64,000 bases of DNA from a virus, in IMG/VR virus record IMGVR_UViG_3300027985_001729, positions 1 to 64,000 of that record, one strand, 5' to 3'. Shown piece after piece: positions 19,100-27,350 of this stretch; positions within the stretch are counted from its first letter, which is position 1, and every line of letters begins with the position of its first letter. The position numbers and the translations under genes were made by a program. Below the pieces are notes generated by a model. That model was not told the DNA's origin and searched no databases. It worked only from the letters and a program-made list of their open reading frames with translations.

Positions 19100-19474
19100 A
19101 TGGGGCAAGTGACGATGGCTGTGATGGTTGCTGTTGATGCTGGTGTGGCTCCCGATCATCTTGGCGACGAAGGGTGGAGCGCTTTGTTGTCGGAGTACAA
19201 GTATGATACTGGGCAGATCCCAGATCGACCTTGCAAAGACATGGACAAGTGGAACCTGATTGGCTTCTTGGTAGCAGTTGGTGGAAGCAAAAAAAATGGC
19301 TACCCTGGCCTGGACAAGCTATTCCCTCTCGATAACTTCTTGAGCGTCCATGAGTATAATATGTCATGCGTTCGTGCGAAGAATGAATGGGGAAAGTTTT
19401 CTGCGTGGGCTGCGATGAAGGGGTACACGTTCAACAAGCCCGGTCTATGGCTCGTCCAGATAGAAGTTGGGTGA
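19100..19474 (+). CDS. Hypothetical protein (lower GC)
   Basis: ORF at the head of a three-gene run. Confidence 0.5.
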   Translation: MGQVTMAVMVAVDAGVAPDHLGDEGWSALLSEYKYDTGQIPDRPCKDMDKWNLIGFLVAVGGSKKNGYPGLDKLFPLDNFLSVHEYNMSCVRAKNEWGKFSAWAAMKGYTFNKPGLWLVQIEVG

Positions 19475-19477
19475 TCA

Positions 19478-19723
19478 ATGCGAATGGAAGGCGAATGCAA
19501 AATCACGCTGAACGGCGTGGACCGGAAGGTGTCCGAGCTCGACGACGGTGAAGTGTCCGCCGTCCTCGATTCGATCTTCGAGGACGAAGACTTCGTGGTC
19601 CTGTTCTTCGGCGTCGAGCAGGAGCCGACCGAAAACAACAAGGACTTTCTTGGGCGTCTGACGGCGGCATGCGTCAATTTCGTCGGGGTCCCCATGGTCG
19701 TCACCACCAACGAGGCCGCATGA
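19478..19723 (+). CDS. Small acidic hypothetical protein
   Basis: Tightly spaced ORF. Confidence 0.5.
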   Translation: MRMEGECKITLNGVDRKVSELDDGEVSAVLDSIFEDEDFVVLFFGVEQEPTENNKDFLGRLTAACVNFVGVPMVVTTNEAA

Positions 19724-19929
19724 AGCTGCTCGCCTCCGTGATCGCTGAGTTGCAATCCGTCACAGGTCCACGCGCAGGGGTGGCGCAGCAAGTGGCCGAC
19801 TTTCTCCTCGACGCTGGTTCGGTGTGGCGCTGCGACGAGCACCCGCTGGAGCCACCGCATATTCGGCCGAGCGCGTCGGGGGACGGTGGCTACGATCTTC
19901 TGTGCCTTCGATGTGTCCAGAAAAATTGA
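19720..19929 (+). CDS. Small hypothetical protein with CxxH..CxxC
   Basis: ATGA overlap with upstream gene. Confidence 0.45.
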   Translation: MKLLASVIAELQSVTGPRAGVAQQVADFLLDAGSVWRCDEHPLEPPHIRPSASGDGGYDLLCLRCVQKN

Positions 19930-20061
19930 GGCTCCGACACCTTGAGGCAGATGCCGGAGCCAAGGCAGCCAGGGAGGGTAGCTGCGTGGCGGACACCTAC
20001 ACCGTTCTGCCGAGGAAGGCAAAATGTTCTGCGCGTGGCGCTTCGCCCACGGCGTACAAAA

Positions 20062-20117
20062 GAAAAGAAGAGCGGGCGCCGCTGGCTTACGTTCCAGCGG
20101 CGCCCGCTCTTCTTTTC
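20062..20117. terminator. Bidirectional terminator
   Basis: Perfect 24-bp inverted repeat with 8-nt loop between convergent genes. Confidence 0.8.
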
Positions 20118-20135
20118 AGTTGCGAGCGATGGTCG

Positions 20136-20474
20136 TCACGTTTTTCTTGGTGGGTCAAACGGCGGGGAGACCTTCGTGGACGTTTTGCCGCTCGACGGGT
20201 CACCTCCCCCAGACGCTTCTGGCTGGAGCATCTTCACCCGGTCGGCTGTGAACACGGTCCCGATCGCAGACAATGACAGCACGAGCACCCTCCTACAGAA
20301 GAGCAGGATGGTGGGTCCTGGGGAGAATGCGAGCAGCACTACGACCGAGCAAGCAACCACGATGCCGATGGCCTTCCAGCCGTCGATGGCAGGGTAGAGC
20401 TTTCGGATTCTGGCAGCGAGCCCAATCACGGCTGGAACGAGCACGAGCAATTTTGGATCGATCTGTAGCTCCAA
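20136..20474 (-). CDS. Holin-like small membrane protein
   Basis: TTG start after GAGG; 2-3 hydrophobic segments, charged C-terminus; last gene of the late-strand run. Confidence 0.45.
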   Translation of the reverse strand: MELQIDPKLLVLVPAVIGLAARIRKLYPAIDGWKAIGIVVACSVVVLLAFSPGPTILLFCRRVLVLSLSAIGTVFTADRVKMLQPEASGGGDPSSGKTSTKVSPPFDPPRKT

Positions 20475-20542
20475 TGGACACCTCAACGCGTGGCGGTTAT
20501 GTTGACTCCGCTTCGGAACCAAAAACCAAAAAGGAGAAATTC

Positions 20543-20887
20543 ATGCCGTTTACACCTCCCGACCCGGGGATCCCCCAGCCGATGGTCGAAAAGATCCGCA
20601 ACGCCACGTACGACTACGACGTGGGCGGCGTCCGCATCTCGGATGGGACCATCCTGTCCCCAATGTTAGCGGCGTCGGGTGTGCCGCAGGTGGTCACGTG
20701 GGAGCTCGCAAGCCAAGAGGAGCGCGGCTCCTGCCCTGTGTTCAGACTCGACCACGAGGCCTTCGAGGTTCTGTCGAAGGGGGCGTGGAAGGACGGGTTC
20801 GTCGACCTGAACGGGCGCCTCTACAAGCTCGTCGCCACCGAAACGGAGATCGGTCTCTTCATCGCGAAGATCGAGGCCGTGCAGTGA
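20543..20887 (+). CDS. Hypothetical protein
   Basis: Strong AAGGAG ribosome-binding site. Confidence 0.6.
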   Translation: MPFTPPDPGIPQPMVEKIRNATYDYDVGGVRISDGTILSPMLAASGVPQVVTWELASQEERGSCPVFRLDHEAFEVLSKGAWKDGFVDLNGRLYKLVATETEIGLFIAKIEAVQ

Positions 20888-21564
20888 TGCCGCGAGACGC
20901 GCCGGTCATCGTTGCGGGGTGGGTCGCCCAGTGCCTCGTCGCAGCGTTGGCCTGGCGCGTCTCGCGGCACAGCGTTCGCCATATACCGTTTGCTGCGTTC
21001 GCGACATTTGCGGCGGTGTCTGACCTTGTGCGGGCGGCCACGTCCTTCGCCATCCTCCATCCGTACCGCGCAGCGCATGGGGATGAGCCATACGTCGAGG
21101 TGGCGCGGGCGGCCTTCCACCTCGACCAGTCCCTGTTCATCTCCTACCCGATCGCCCTATTGGCCCTATGCGCCACGCTGCATTGGATGCGCGACTCCTG
21201 GGCGCACGCTGTCGGGCTCGTGGGGATGCTCGAGGCCGTCCTTGTGCTCGGGTACCCAGAGCTGCGCGGTCACGCCTTGGCCAGGGTCTACCTCGGGATA
21301 GACATTCTGTCCGTCGTGGGGATGGTTGGATTCGTGACGATGTGGTTGGTGCGGGGGACGTCAAGAGATCGATGTGTCATGTCCAACTTCATGATGGTCG
21401 GATATGCCACAGCGGAAACGGCAGCATGCGGTAGCGTCTTCGTCCACGGCGTCTTTGACAGGTGGTCAGACATTGCCCCCGTGTACCTCGGTCTTCAGTT
21501 CCTCGCCGTCGCCGCGCAAGGTATGTTGCTATGGCAGAGGAGGATGGCGGCACAAAAGAAATAG
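20884..21564 (+). CDS. Multi-pass membrane protein (paralog 1)
   Basis: About 6-7 hydrophobic segments. Confidence 0.65.
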   Translation: MMPRDAPVIVAGWVAQCLVAALAWRVSRHSVRHIPFAAFATFAAVSDLVRAATSFAILHPYRAAHGDEPYVEVARAAFHLDQSLFISYPIALLALCATLHWMRDSWAHAVGLVGMLEAVLVLGYPELRGHALARVYLGIDILSVVGMVGFVTMWLVRGTSRDRCVMSNFMMVGYATAETAACGSVFVHGVFDRWSDIAPVYLGLQFLAVAAQGMLLWQRRMAAQKK

Positions 21565-21602
21565 GGGACCATGGTTGGTGCATGCGTGGTAATACAGCGC
21601 GC

Positions 21603-22241
21603 ATGCTTCATTTGACGCTCTACACGCTTTCCTGCGTGACCATTGGTCTAGGCTTCTGGGTCGTAAAGCACCGGCGCGCGCACACCATCTGCGCATCTTT
21701 GTGGACCTGGGCGCTCGCCGTAGATGTTGCGATGCTCGCCCTGAGGCCATTGGCGATTCAGTTTTTCTGGGGGTGGTTGGCCTATACGGCGCTCACCGTT
21801 TCGTGGCCTGCCGCCGTCGCGGTCGCTGCGTGCTCGGTCCTCTGGAGGTCGAGGCGAGGTGCTGCCGCTGTGGCGCTGTCCTACATCACCGGGACGCTGG
21901 CCATCGCCGTGATCGCATGCCGCGGATGTGGCCTTGCTCGAATGGAGCTCGTCGAGGACGGATTCCTCGTGCTCCAAATAGTTTTCGTGGCGTTCGGTAT
22001 CGCTTCGGTCTATGCCCATCTTGCTGCGCGCAGGGGGTACTCACTCAGCGCTGGAGCTGTTACGTGGGCGGTCATTGTTGAGACGTGCCAGGTCGTCGGG
22101 CCGTACTGGTGGGGATGCTTTGCGCACTGGGATATGGCACGATGGTTGTATCTGGCCTTCTACGCCGTGCTCATTGGAGCACAAGGGGAATGGATATGGA
22201 CGCATCGTCCTGGCAGCAAATTCTCGAGGTCCTTCGGCTGA
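21603..22241 (+). CDS. Multi-pass membrane protein (paralog 2)
   Basis: About 7 hydrophobic segments; shares S[YW]PxA, RGxxLAR and YL..AQG..W with paralog 1. Confidence 0.65.
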   Translation: MLHLTLYTLSCVTIGLGFWVVKHRRAHTICASLWTWALAVDVAMLALRPLAIQFFWGWLAYTALTVSWPAAVAVAACSVLWRSRRGAAAVALSYITGTLAIAVIACRGCGLARMELVEDGFLVLQIVFVAFGIASVYAHLAARRGYSLSAGAVTWAVIVETCQVVGPYWWGCFAHWDMARWLYLAFYAVLIGAQGEWIWTHRPGSKFSRSFG

Positions 22242-22432
22242 TGACAGGCGTCATCTTTTTGTGCGGCATGTCTATCGCCGGGGCGATCGTGATGCGGTCT
22301 GCGCGATCAAAGGCGTCAGATGATGCGGAGAGAAGTCTTCGTAGAAGGATGTCGAAGATCGAGCGCGACATGGAGGACCACATGCAGACCTCCGACCGCG
22401 CTTCTCATCCGCCACGGTCGAGGCGTGGCTAA
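22190..22432 (+). CDS. Small single-TM protein
   Basis: One TM segment followed by a charged coil; AAGGGG ribosome-binding site. Confidence 0.5.
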   Translation: MDMDASSWQQILEVLRLMTGVIFLCGMSIAGAIVMRSARSKASDDAERSLRRRMSKIERDMEDHMQTSDRASHPPRSRRG

Positions 22433-22614
22433 CCACCACGACGATCTGGATCGTGGTGGCTGTCTTCGTCGTCCGGGTGGAGGTCTTCTGCGTCTGCGTT
22501 TCGATCTTCTTCGAGCCGGTCGAGGAGACGCGAGAGGTTTTCTACCATCGAAATCGATCTACCGAACATTGTGGCGTGGATGTATTCGTGGTCCGATGAT
22601 CGGGCGTCAGACAT
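22429..22614 (-). CDS. Small acidic hypothetical protein
   Basis: Overlaps the upstream minus-strand gene. Confidence 0.35.
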   Translation of the reverse strand: MSDARSSDHEYIHATMFGRSISMVENLSRLLDRLEEDRNADAEDLHPDDEDSHHDPDRRGG

Positions 22615-23065
22615 GGCTGGTCCTGTTTCTGCGGGATAGTATGCTCTCGATCCTGGCTCCGATGCCACCAAGTTCACGCTCGAGGCGGGGGATGTACTCG
22701 CGGAGCTCCTTCGACACGGCCGTGACCACAGCCTGAAGCTGCTCATTGGCTGCCCTCGCGAGCGCAACCTGTGACCGAAGCTCGGCGATGTCCGCCTGCA
22801 TCATGTTGACGGTCTCTCTGATGTCGATGACGTCATCGGCTCCTGAGCATGAGCTTTGGCGCGAACGGTAGTTTTGGTCCTGCCCTTCGTCGCGGATACG
22901 CTTCGTTCTCGTCTCGATCCTCTCGAGCCTCGACTCGATGTCCTCAAGGTCTTCGCGCAGGTCTTTGACCTTCTGCTGCCATCCCCCGTGCTTGACCGCT
23001 GTCACAACCTGGGACAGCGCGGTACCTCCCGCGGTGAGTAGCGCGGCGAAAGCGGTCGCGTCCAT
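22607..23065 (-). CDS. Membrane-anchored coiled-coil protein (lysis-region-like)
   Basis: Hydrophobic N-terminus and heptad-rich body. Confidence 0.55.
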   Translation of the reverse strand: MDATAFAALLTAGGTALSQVVTAVKHGGWQQKVKDLREDLEDIESRLERIETRTKRIRDEGQDQNYRSRQSSCSGADDVIDIRETVNMMQADIAELRSQVALARAANEQLQAVVTAVSKELREYIPRLERELGGIGARIESILSRRNRTSHV

Positions 23066-23106
23066 TTGCCTCTGAGCTCGACGGTCACCCGCCTCTCGAT
23101 GTTGGT

Positions 23107-23146
23107 AAAAGAAAGCCCACCGAGCTCGACGGCTCTGTGGGCTTTC
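23107..23146 (-). terminator. Terminator-like hairpin
   Basis: GAAAGCCCAC / GTGGGCTTTC stem with T-run on the minus strand. Confidence 0.55.
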
Positions 23147-23170
23147 CGGTGTGATCTGAGCAGTTGTTGA

Positions 23171-23686
23171 CTACTTGCCGCCGAGCGCCTCGTATAGGTA
23201 CCGAACTCGGCCTTTCTGCATATTCGCGTGATTGACAACTGCGGTCACCGCCAGAAGCTCATCGCCTCTGGCGATGAGCTTCGCCCAGATGAAAGCGGTC
23301 ATCTTCGCTTCATCCGGTGGCGGAGGAGGGATCGGCGGTTCGATTGGGGTGACGGTCTGCTTTTTCGATGATGCGGCTTGGTCTGGAGGGGGAGGAGGCG
23401 GGGGGAGCGGACCCTCGATCGGGGTGAGATTGTGCTGCTGTTGTTGTAACTCGCTCAGTTCTTGGTTGTAGATCGAGAAATCTCCCATCCTCGGAGACGA
23501 GCTCTCAGTGCATTTGCCAGTCTTTGTGTCGAAGACGTGGTACGTGCCCTTCCAATCAACGATGATCTCGCTCCCGTTGTTCATCGAGGCGTGGACCGTA
23601 CCATATAGGTAACAGTCCGGGCCGGTCTTGATGCCTGGCTTGTGCGCGTAAAGAACTACTTTCTTACCGTTCAATCCGTTGCTCAT
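23171..23686 (-). CDS. Hypothetical protein with poly-Pro linker
   Basis: 171-aa ORF. Confidence 0.55.
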   Translation of the reverse strand: MSNGLNGKKVVLYAHKPGIKTGPDCYLYGTVHASMNNGSEIIVDWKGTYHVFDTKTGKCTESSSPRMGDFSIYNQELSELQQQQHNLTPIEGPLPPPPPPPDQAASSKKQTVTPIEPPIPPPPPDEAKMTAFIWAKLIARGDELLAVTAVVNHANMQKGRVRYLYEALGGK

Positions 23687-23756
23687 GCTTGTAGTTTTCT
23701 CCAGTTGGTGAGAACTGGACCACCATAGCCGTGTCGTGGAACGACCGCAACTTCAC

Positions 23757-24146
23757 CTACACCCAGTCGTCGTAGGTCCCATCTCCACCCTCTCCAACCC
23801 AAAAGCAGTCGTTGGTCGGGTCGGTCTGGTCGAGCGGGTTCCACACCTTCATGGTTCCAGGTGGGGGCGCGATCAACTCCCAGAGCTTTGCGTCTGGAGC
23901 GACCCCGTGTGCTTGAATGTGAGCGATGATTCCTGGGTCGTGTGCGTTGAGAACGACCGGGCGGAAACGGTAGAGATCGGTCCACCCGACCTCACCATTT
24001 CGCGGGTGCGCCTCCACCGTGCCGTACGACGTTCCGTACGGTGACGGGAAGCCGAGTAGGACGTCCACCTGAGCGGAGTATGTATCGAGCTCGGCTTTGT
24101 TGGTCGAGATGATCGAAGGGGCAACCCAAGGGGGATACAAGGTCAT
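23757..24146 (-). CDS. Hypothetical phage protein
   Basis: AGGAG ribosome-binding site; in the late-strand run. Confidence 0.6.
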   Translation of the reverse strand: MTLYPPWVAPSIISTNKAELDTYSAQVDVLLGFPSPYGTSYGTVEAHPRNGEVGWTDLYRFRPVVLNAHDPGIIAHIQAHGVAPDAKLWELIAPPPGTMKVWNPLDQTDPTNDCFWVGEGGDGTYDDWV

Positions 24147-24155
24147 CGTCTTCTC

Positions 24156-24935
24156 CTACAGCCCGTAGTATTCGCCTGCCCACCCGAGCAGGTCGTCCAC
24201 GAGCGTCGTCGAGGCAGCGTACTCGGTCGCAAGGACGGCGTATACCCGCCCGAGCCATCTTCCGGTGCTGTTCCCTCGAGCCCCGACCACAAGGCCGCCG
24301 GTTGGCGTTTTGAGAAGCAGGACGCTGCTCGGGGTGAGCGTCTGCTCCACGCTCACCCCTCCGCTCCGCACCCACAGACGAGACTGCGCCGCAGGAGCGT
24401 TGCTCGCGCGCGTGATGACCACAGCTTCTTGGAGCAACGTCGCGCCCCCAGCGGTCACCGTACCGACGCCCTCGTACACCAGTGCGCGTGATGGCGCCGT
24501 GGTTCGGCAGTAGGCGAGACCGTCGGCGATCCCGGTAGAGCCAACAGCGCCAACGAACCTCTGAGCGGTCGTAGAGTAGCTCTGCGAGACGATCATCCAC
24601 GTCAGCGGCCCGTCGAGATACGGCTTGTATGCGGTCCTTATCTCCTCAACGCCGAGGAACTCGAGGTACCCACGACCATTCGAGTCGACGTTGTACGTTG
24701 GCTGCTGAGCGACGACGGTCTGAAACAGGTCGCTGCCACTGCCTGATGCGTCCGGCCACAGGGACACCTTCGCACCAGGTGTTGGCGCTGAGCCTCGCCA
24801 GTAGTCACCCAAAAGCATGGCCGATCGCTGAGGCACCGACCATGGGATGTCGCGCCGCGATGGGACGCGGACGGCTGACGCACGGGAGACGACGGGGGTA
24901 CGGTCGCCTGGGCCAATCGGCGCTCGCGTCGTCAT
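24156..24935 (-). CDS. LamG/ConA-like virion protein
   Basis: VSLWPDASGSG..Q.....QPTY motif typical of phage LamG-like domains. Confidence 0.6.
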   Translation of the reverse strand: MTTRAPIGPGDRTPVVSRASAVRVPSRRDIPWSVPQRSAMLLGDYWRGSAPTPGAKVSLWPDASGSGSDLFQTVVAQQPTYNVDSNGRGYLEFLGVEEIRTAYKPYLDGPLTWMIVSQSYSTTAQRFVGAVGSTGIADGLAYCRTTAPSRALVYEGVGTVTAGGATLLQEAVVITRASNAPAAQSRLWVRSGGVSVEQTLTPSSVLLLKTPTGGLVVGARGNSTGRWLGRVYAVLATEYAASTTLVDDLLGWAGEYYGL

Positions 24936-25417
24936 TGGTGCGGTGTGCCCTGGATTCGCATGAACGTGTTCCCGTCACCGACAATCAACGATGCCCCACC
25001 GAGCCCGAACGACGCCACGTACAGCGTGAGCGTATCGTTTGGCTCCAGGTCGATCGGCGTGGTCCCGTGCAGGATGATGTCATTCCCCGTGACGTGAGAC
25101 TGCTTATCGCCGCTGATCGTTGTCTGCACAGCATTGCGCGTTAGGATGAGCTCAGCACTTGCCCCTGTGAGCAGCAAATCGTCACCTACACCAGTGGCCC
25201 ATGAGATGGTGTAATCGCCGCTCTTCGTGATCGTCATTATCTCAGGGCTCGTGCTCGTCGAGTGGGTAATTTCACCGCTGTCCGTCACGAGCGTGCTCGA
25301 CTGGTCGAATGGGATTGCGGTCATCACCCCGGCCCCCCCGGTGACCATCACTCCTCCACGGTACAGGCCGATGCCTATGACAGTCCTGCGCCTAGGTCCG
25401 TACGAGATGCCGCTCAT
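24932..25417 (-). CDS. C1q/BclA-like beta-sandwich virion protein
   Basis: IPFD..ITKSGDYTIS..LEPNDTLTL pattern. Confidence 0.5.
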   Translation of the reverse strand: MSGISYGPRRRTVIGIGLYRGGVMVTGGAGVMTAIPFDQSSTLVTDSGEITHSTSTSPEIMTITKSGDYTISWATGVGDDLLLTGASAELILTRNAVQTTISGDKQSHVTGNDIILHGTTPIDLEPNDTLTLYVASFGLGGASLIVGDGNTFMRIQGTPHQ

Positions 25418-25803
25418 GATGCAGGAGTCTCCCATATGGCAAACGCGCATAGCTCGTGCGTTGCATTTGGCACATACGAGATGATTGAGTCCGAGATGAT
25501 CACAGCCAGCCCGTTCACGAACTTCAGAGGAAGTTTCTCAGGGAACGATCGCACGAAGAACTCATTGGAGTTGTTGAGCTCGTACCCAACACCGATCAAC
25601 GTTGAATCTGAAATGGTGAGTCCACCTCCAACGTCATGAAACTGTAGGTACGAAGTGCCAGCACCAGTAGTTCGCACGATTACGATTTCGTACAACCATC
25701 CTGGACCAGTCTCAATCTGCTGGTTCTTCGACGGTGCAATGTTTCCAGTAGGTGTTTGGTGAGGTATTCGAGGGTCGGACGCCGTGGCGATTAGCGTTGC
25801 CAT
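25414..25803 (-). CDS. Virion-associated beta protein
   Basis: Resembles the C-terminal half of the 25803-26453 protein. Confidence 0.55.
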   Translation of the reverse strand: MATLIATASDPRIPHQTPTGNIAPSKNQQIETGPGWLYEIVIVRTTGAGTSYLQFHDVGGGLTISDSTLIGVGYELNNSNEFFVRSFPEKLPLKFVNGLAVIISDSIISYVPNATHELCAFAIWETPAS

Positions 25804-26453
25804 TACACCCCCCATGCCGTCATGTCGTGCTCGGCTGGCGTACCGAGCACGAGCGTTGCGAAGCTCGTGGAGACGGCGAGGTAGACCCCGTTCGAGTAGT
25901 ACCTCCCAACCTTGGCCATCGGATCCCCAACAAGCAGCGACGATCCTGGTGAAATCGGGATCGTCACGTCTGGAACAGCTCCGGGCGCTGGAGCCGTCGC
26001 AGAGTTGAAGATGTGCGCATACCGCGCTGTAACAGCCCTGTTTTCGATTACGAATCCGGTGAGCAGGCAGGCGCTCCCCTTGACCACCTCGCCGGCCGTG
26101 TTGGCCGTTGGAATGAGCAGCGTGGACGTAGAATACGATGGGTCTACGACTGGCTTCTCGCCGGTGGACGCGACGCTGTTCGCGGCATCCTCGTAGAGGG
26201 GGGCGAACTGTTCCGCAACGAATAGAGCTCCGCCGATCGACTTGAGGCGCTCCCAAACGGATCCCGTCCATCCGGTGAGCCTCGACGCAATTGAGCTTGT
26301 CGTTGGGTTCGGGTCGGTGTCCGTGATAGGAGCAGCGGCCGGCGTGGCGCCGAGCCCAGTGACGTCGATCGATGCAGTGCCATCACCTTGGTCTGTCCCC
26401 TTGAGACGGAGCTGTTTCCCTGTACCGTCGTCGACGAATGCTTGCCCAGGCAT
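25803..26453 (-). CDS. Virion-associated protein
   Basis: Thr/Ala/Gly-rich; GAGG ribosome-binding site. Confidence 0.6.
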   Translation of the reverse strand: MPGQAFVDDGTGKQLRLKGTDQGDGTASIDVTGLGATPAAAPITDTDPNPTTSSIASRLTGWTGSVWERLKSIGGALFVAEQFAPLYEDAANSVASTGEKPVVDPSYSTSTLLIPTANTAGEVVKGSACLLTGFVIENRAVTARYAHIFNSATAPAPGAVPDVTIPISPGSSLLVGDPMAKVGRYYSNGVYLAVSTSFATLVLGTPAEHDMTAWGV

Positions 26454-26642
26454 AACCACCTCTATTTACAGAAGCGAAGATTTCACCTACGAACTATCGT
26501 TCACTCTTGATGATTTCTACATTGAAACGATCGAGGTTCCCAACCGTAACCGTCGATCTTTTTGCTCTACCGGCGTTGACTTGTCGCCATCCGTCATTTA
26601 ATTGGGCGTGGACCAACCAGGAACCGTCCAAGGAGAAATTCA

Positions 26643-27350
26643 ATGACCAGGTATGTCGGTGCTTCCCTCTTTTTTTTGGCTGTAACCGCGTTGTTTGGGT
26701 GTGAGGTAGCAACGGGGGAGATCACCGAGACCGATGCCAACCCCCACGGGTGCGGGAACGTGTACTGCTCGTCCGACAAGGAGTGCGAGCTCTCTTTGGG
26801 CAATACGTCGGACTGTAGGACCGTGGTGTGCGGAGACGCCGGTGTGTGCGAGGTACTGTTCCCAAGTGGTACGTATTGCCAAGCACAGGCGGAGACGTGT
26901 GGGTCCTCGTCGAGCTTGTACGGCGAGTGCAACGGACATGGGGCTTGCGTTGGTGATTGGCAGGCCGACGCATGTGGATGCTCTGCCGATTGCCACGTGG
27001 TGTGCGACCAGCGCGAGTGCGGAGCGATGCACGAGTGCGTCGTCCCGCGGTGCACCTCATCGAACTCGTGCACCTACGAGAACGCCGTGGCAGGAACGCC
27101 TTGCACGGTCGTCGACCCTGTGACTGGCGGTCAGTCGGCTGTGCCAGCGTCGTGCGATGGAGAAGGATCCTGCATGATTTCTGATGGGTTCTGCATCGTC
27201 GCCGAGGACTGCGGGATGTACGACTGCAAGGAGTGGTCGTGCGTGGACAGCGTGTGCGCGGGTAGTGTTGCGCCTCCGGGTACGATCTGCCTGCTCGCTG
27301 GAGGAACGACGGCAGGGCAGTGCGACGCGAATGGTACGTGCCTGCCCTAA
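26643..27350 (+). CDS. Cys-rich lipoprotein (moron)
   Basis: Signal peptide with LFGC lipobox; repeated C..C..G.C motifs; own AT-rich upstream region; antisense to the tail genes. Confidence 0.75.
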   Translation: MTRYVGASLFFLAVTALFGCEVATGEITETDANPHGCGNVYCSSDKECELSLGNTSDCRTVVCGDAGVCEVLFPSGTYCQAQAETCGSSSSLYGECNGHGACVGDWQADACGCSADCHVVCDQRECGAMHECVVPRCTSSNSCTYENAVAGTPCTVVDPVTGGQSAVPASCDGEGSCMISDGFCIVAEDCGMYDCKEWSCVDSVCAGSVAPPGTICLLAGGTTAGQCDANGTCLP

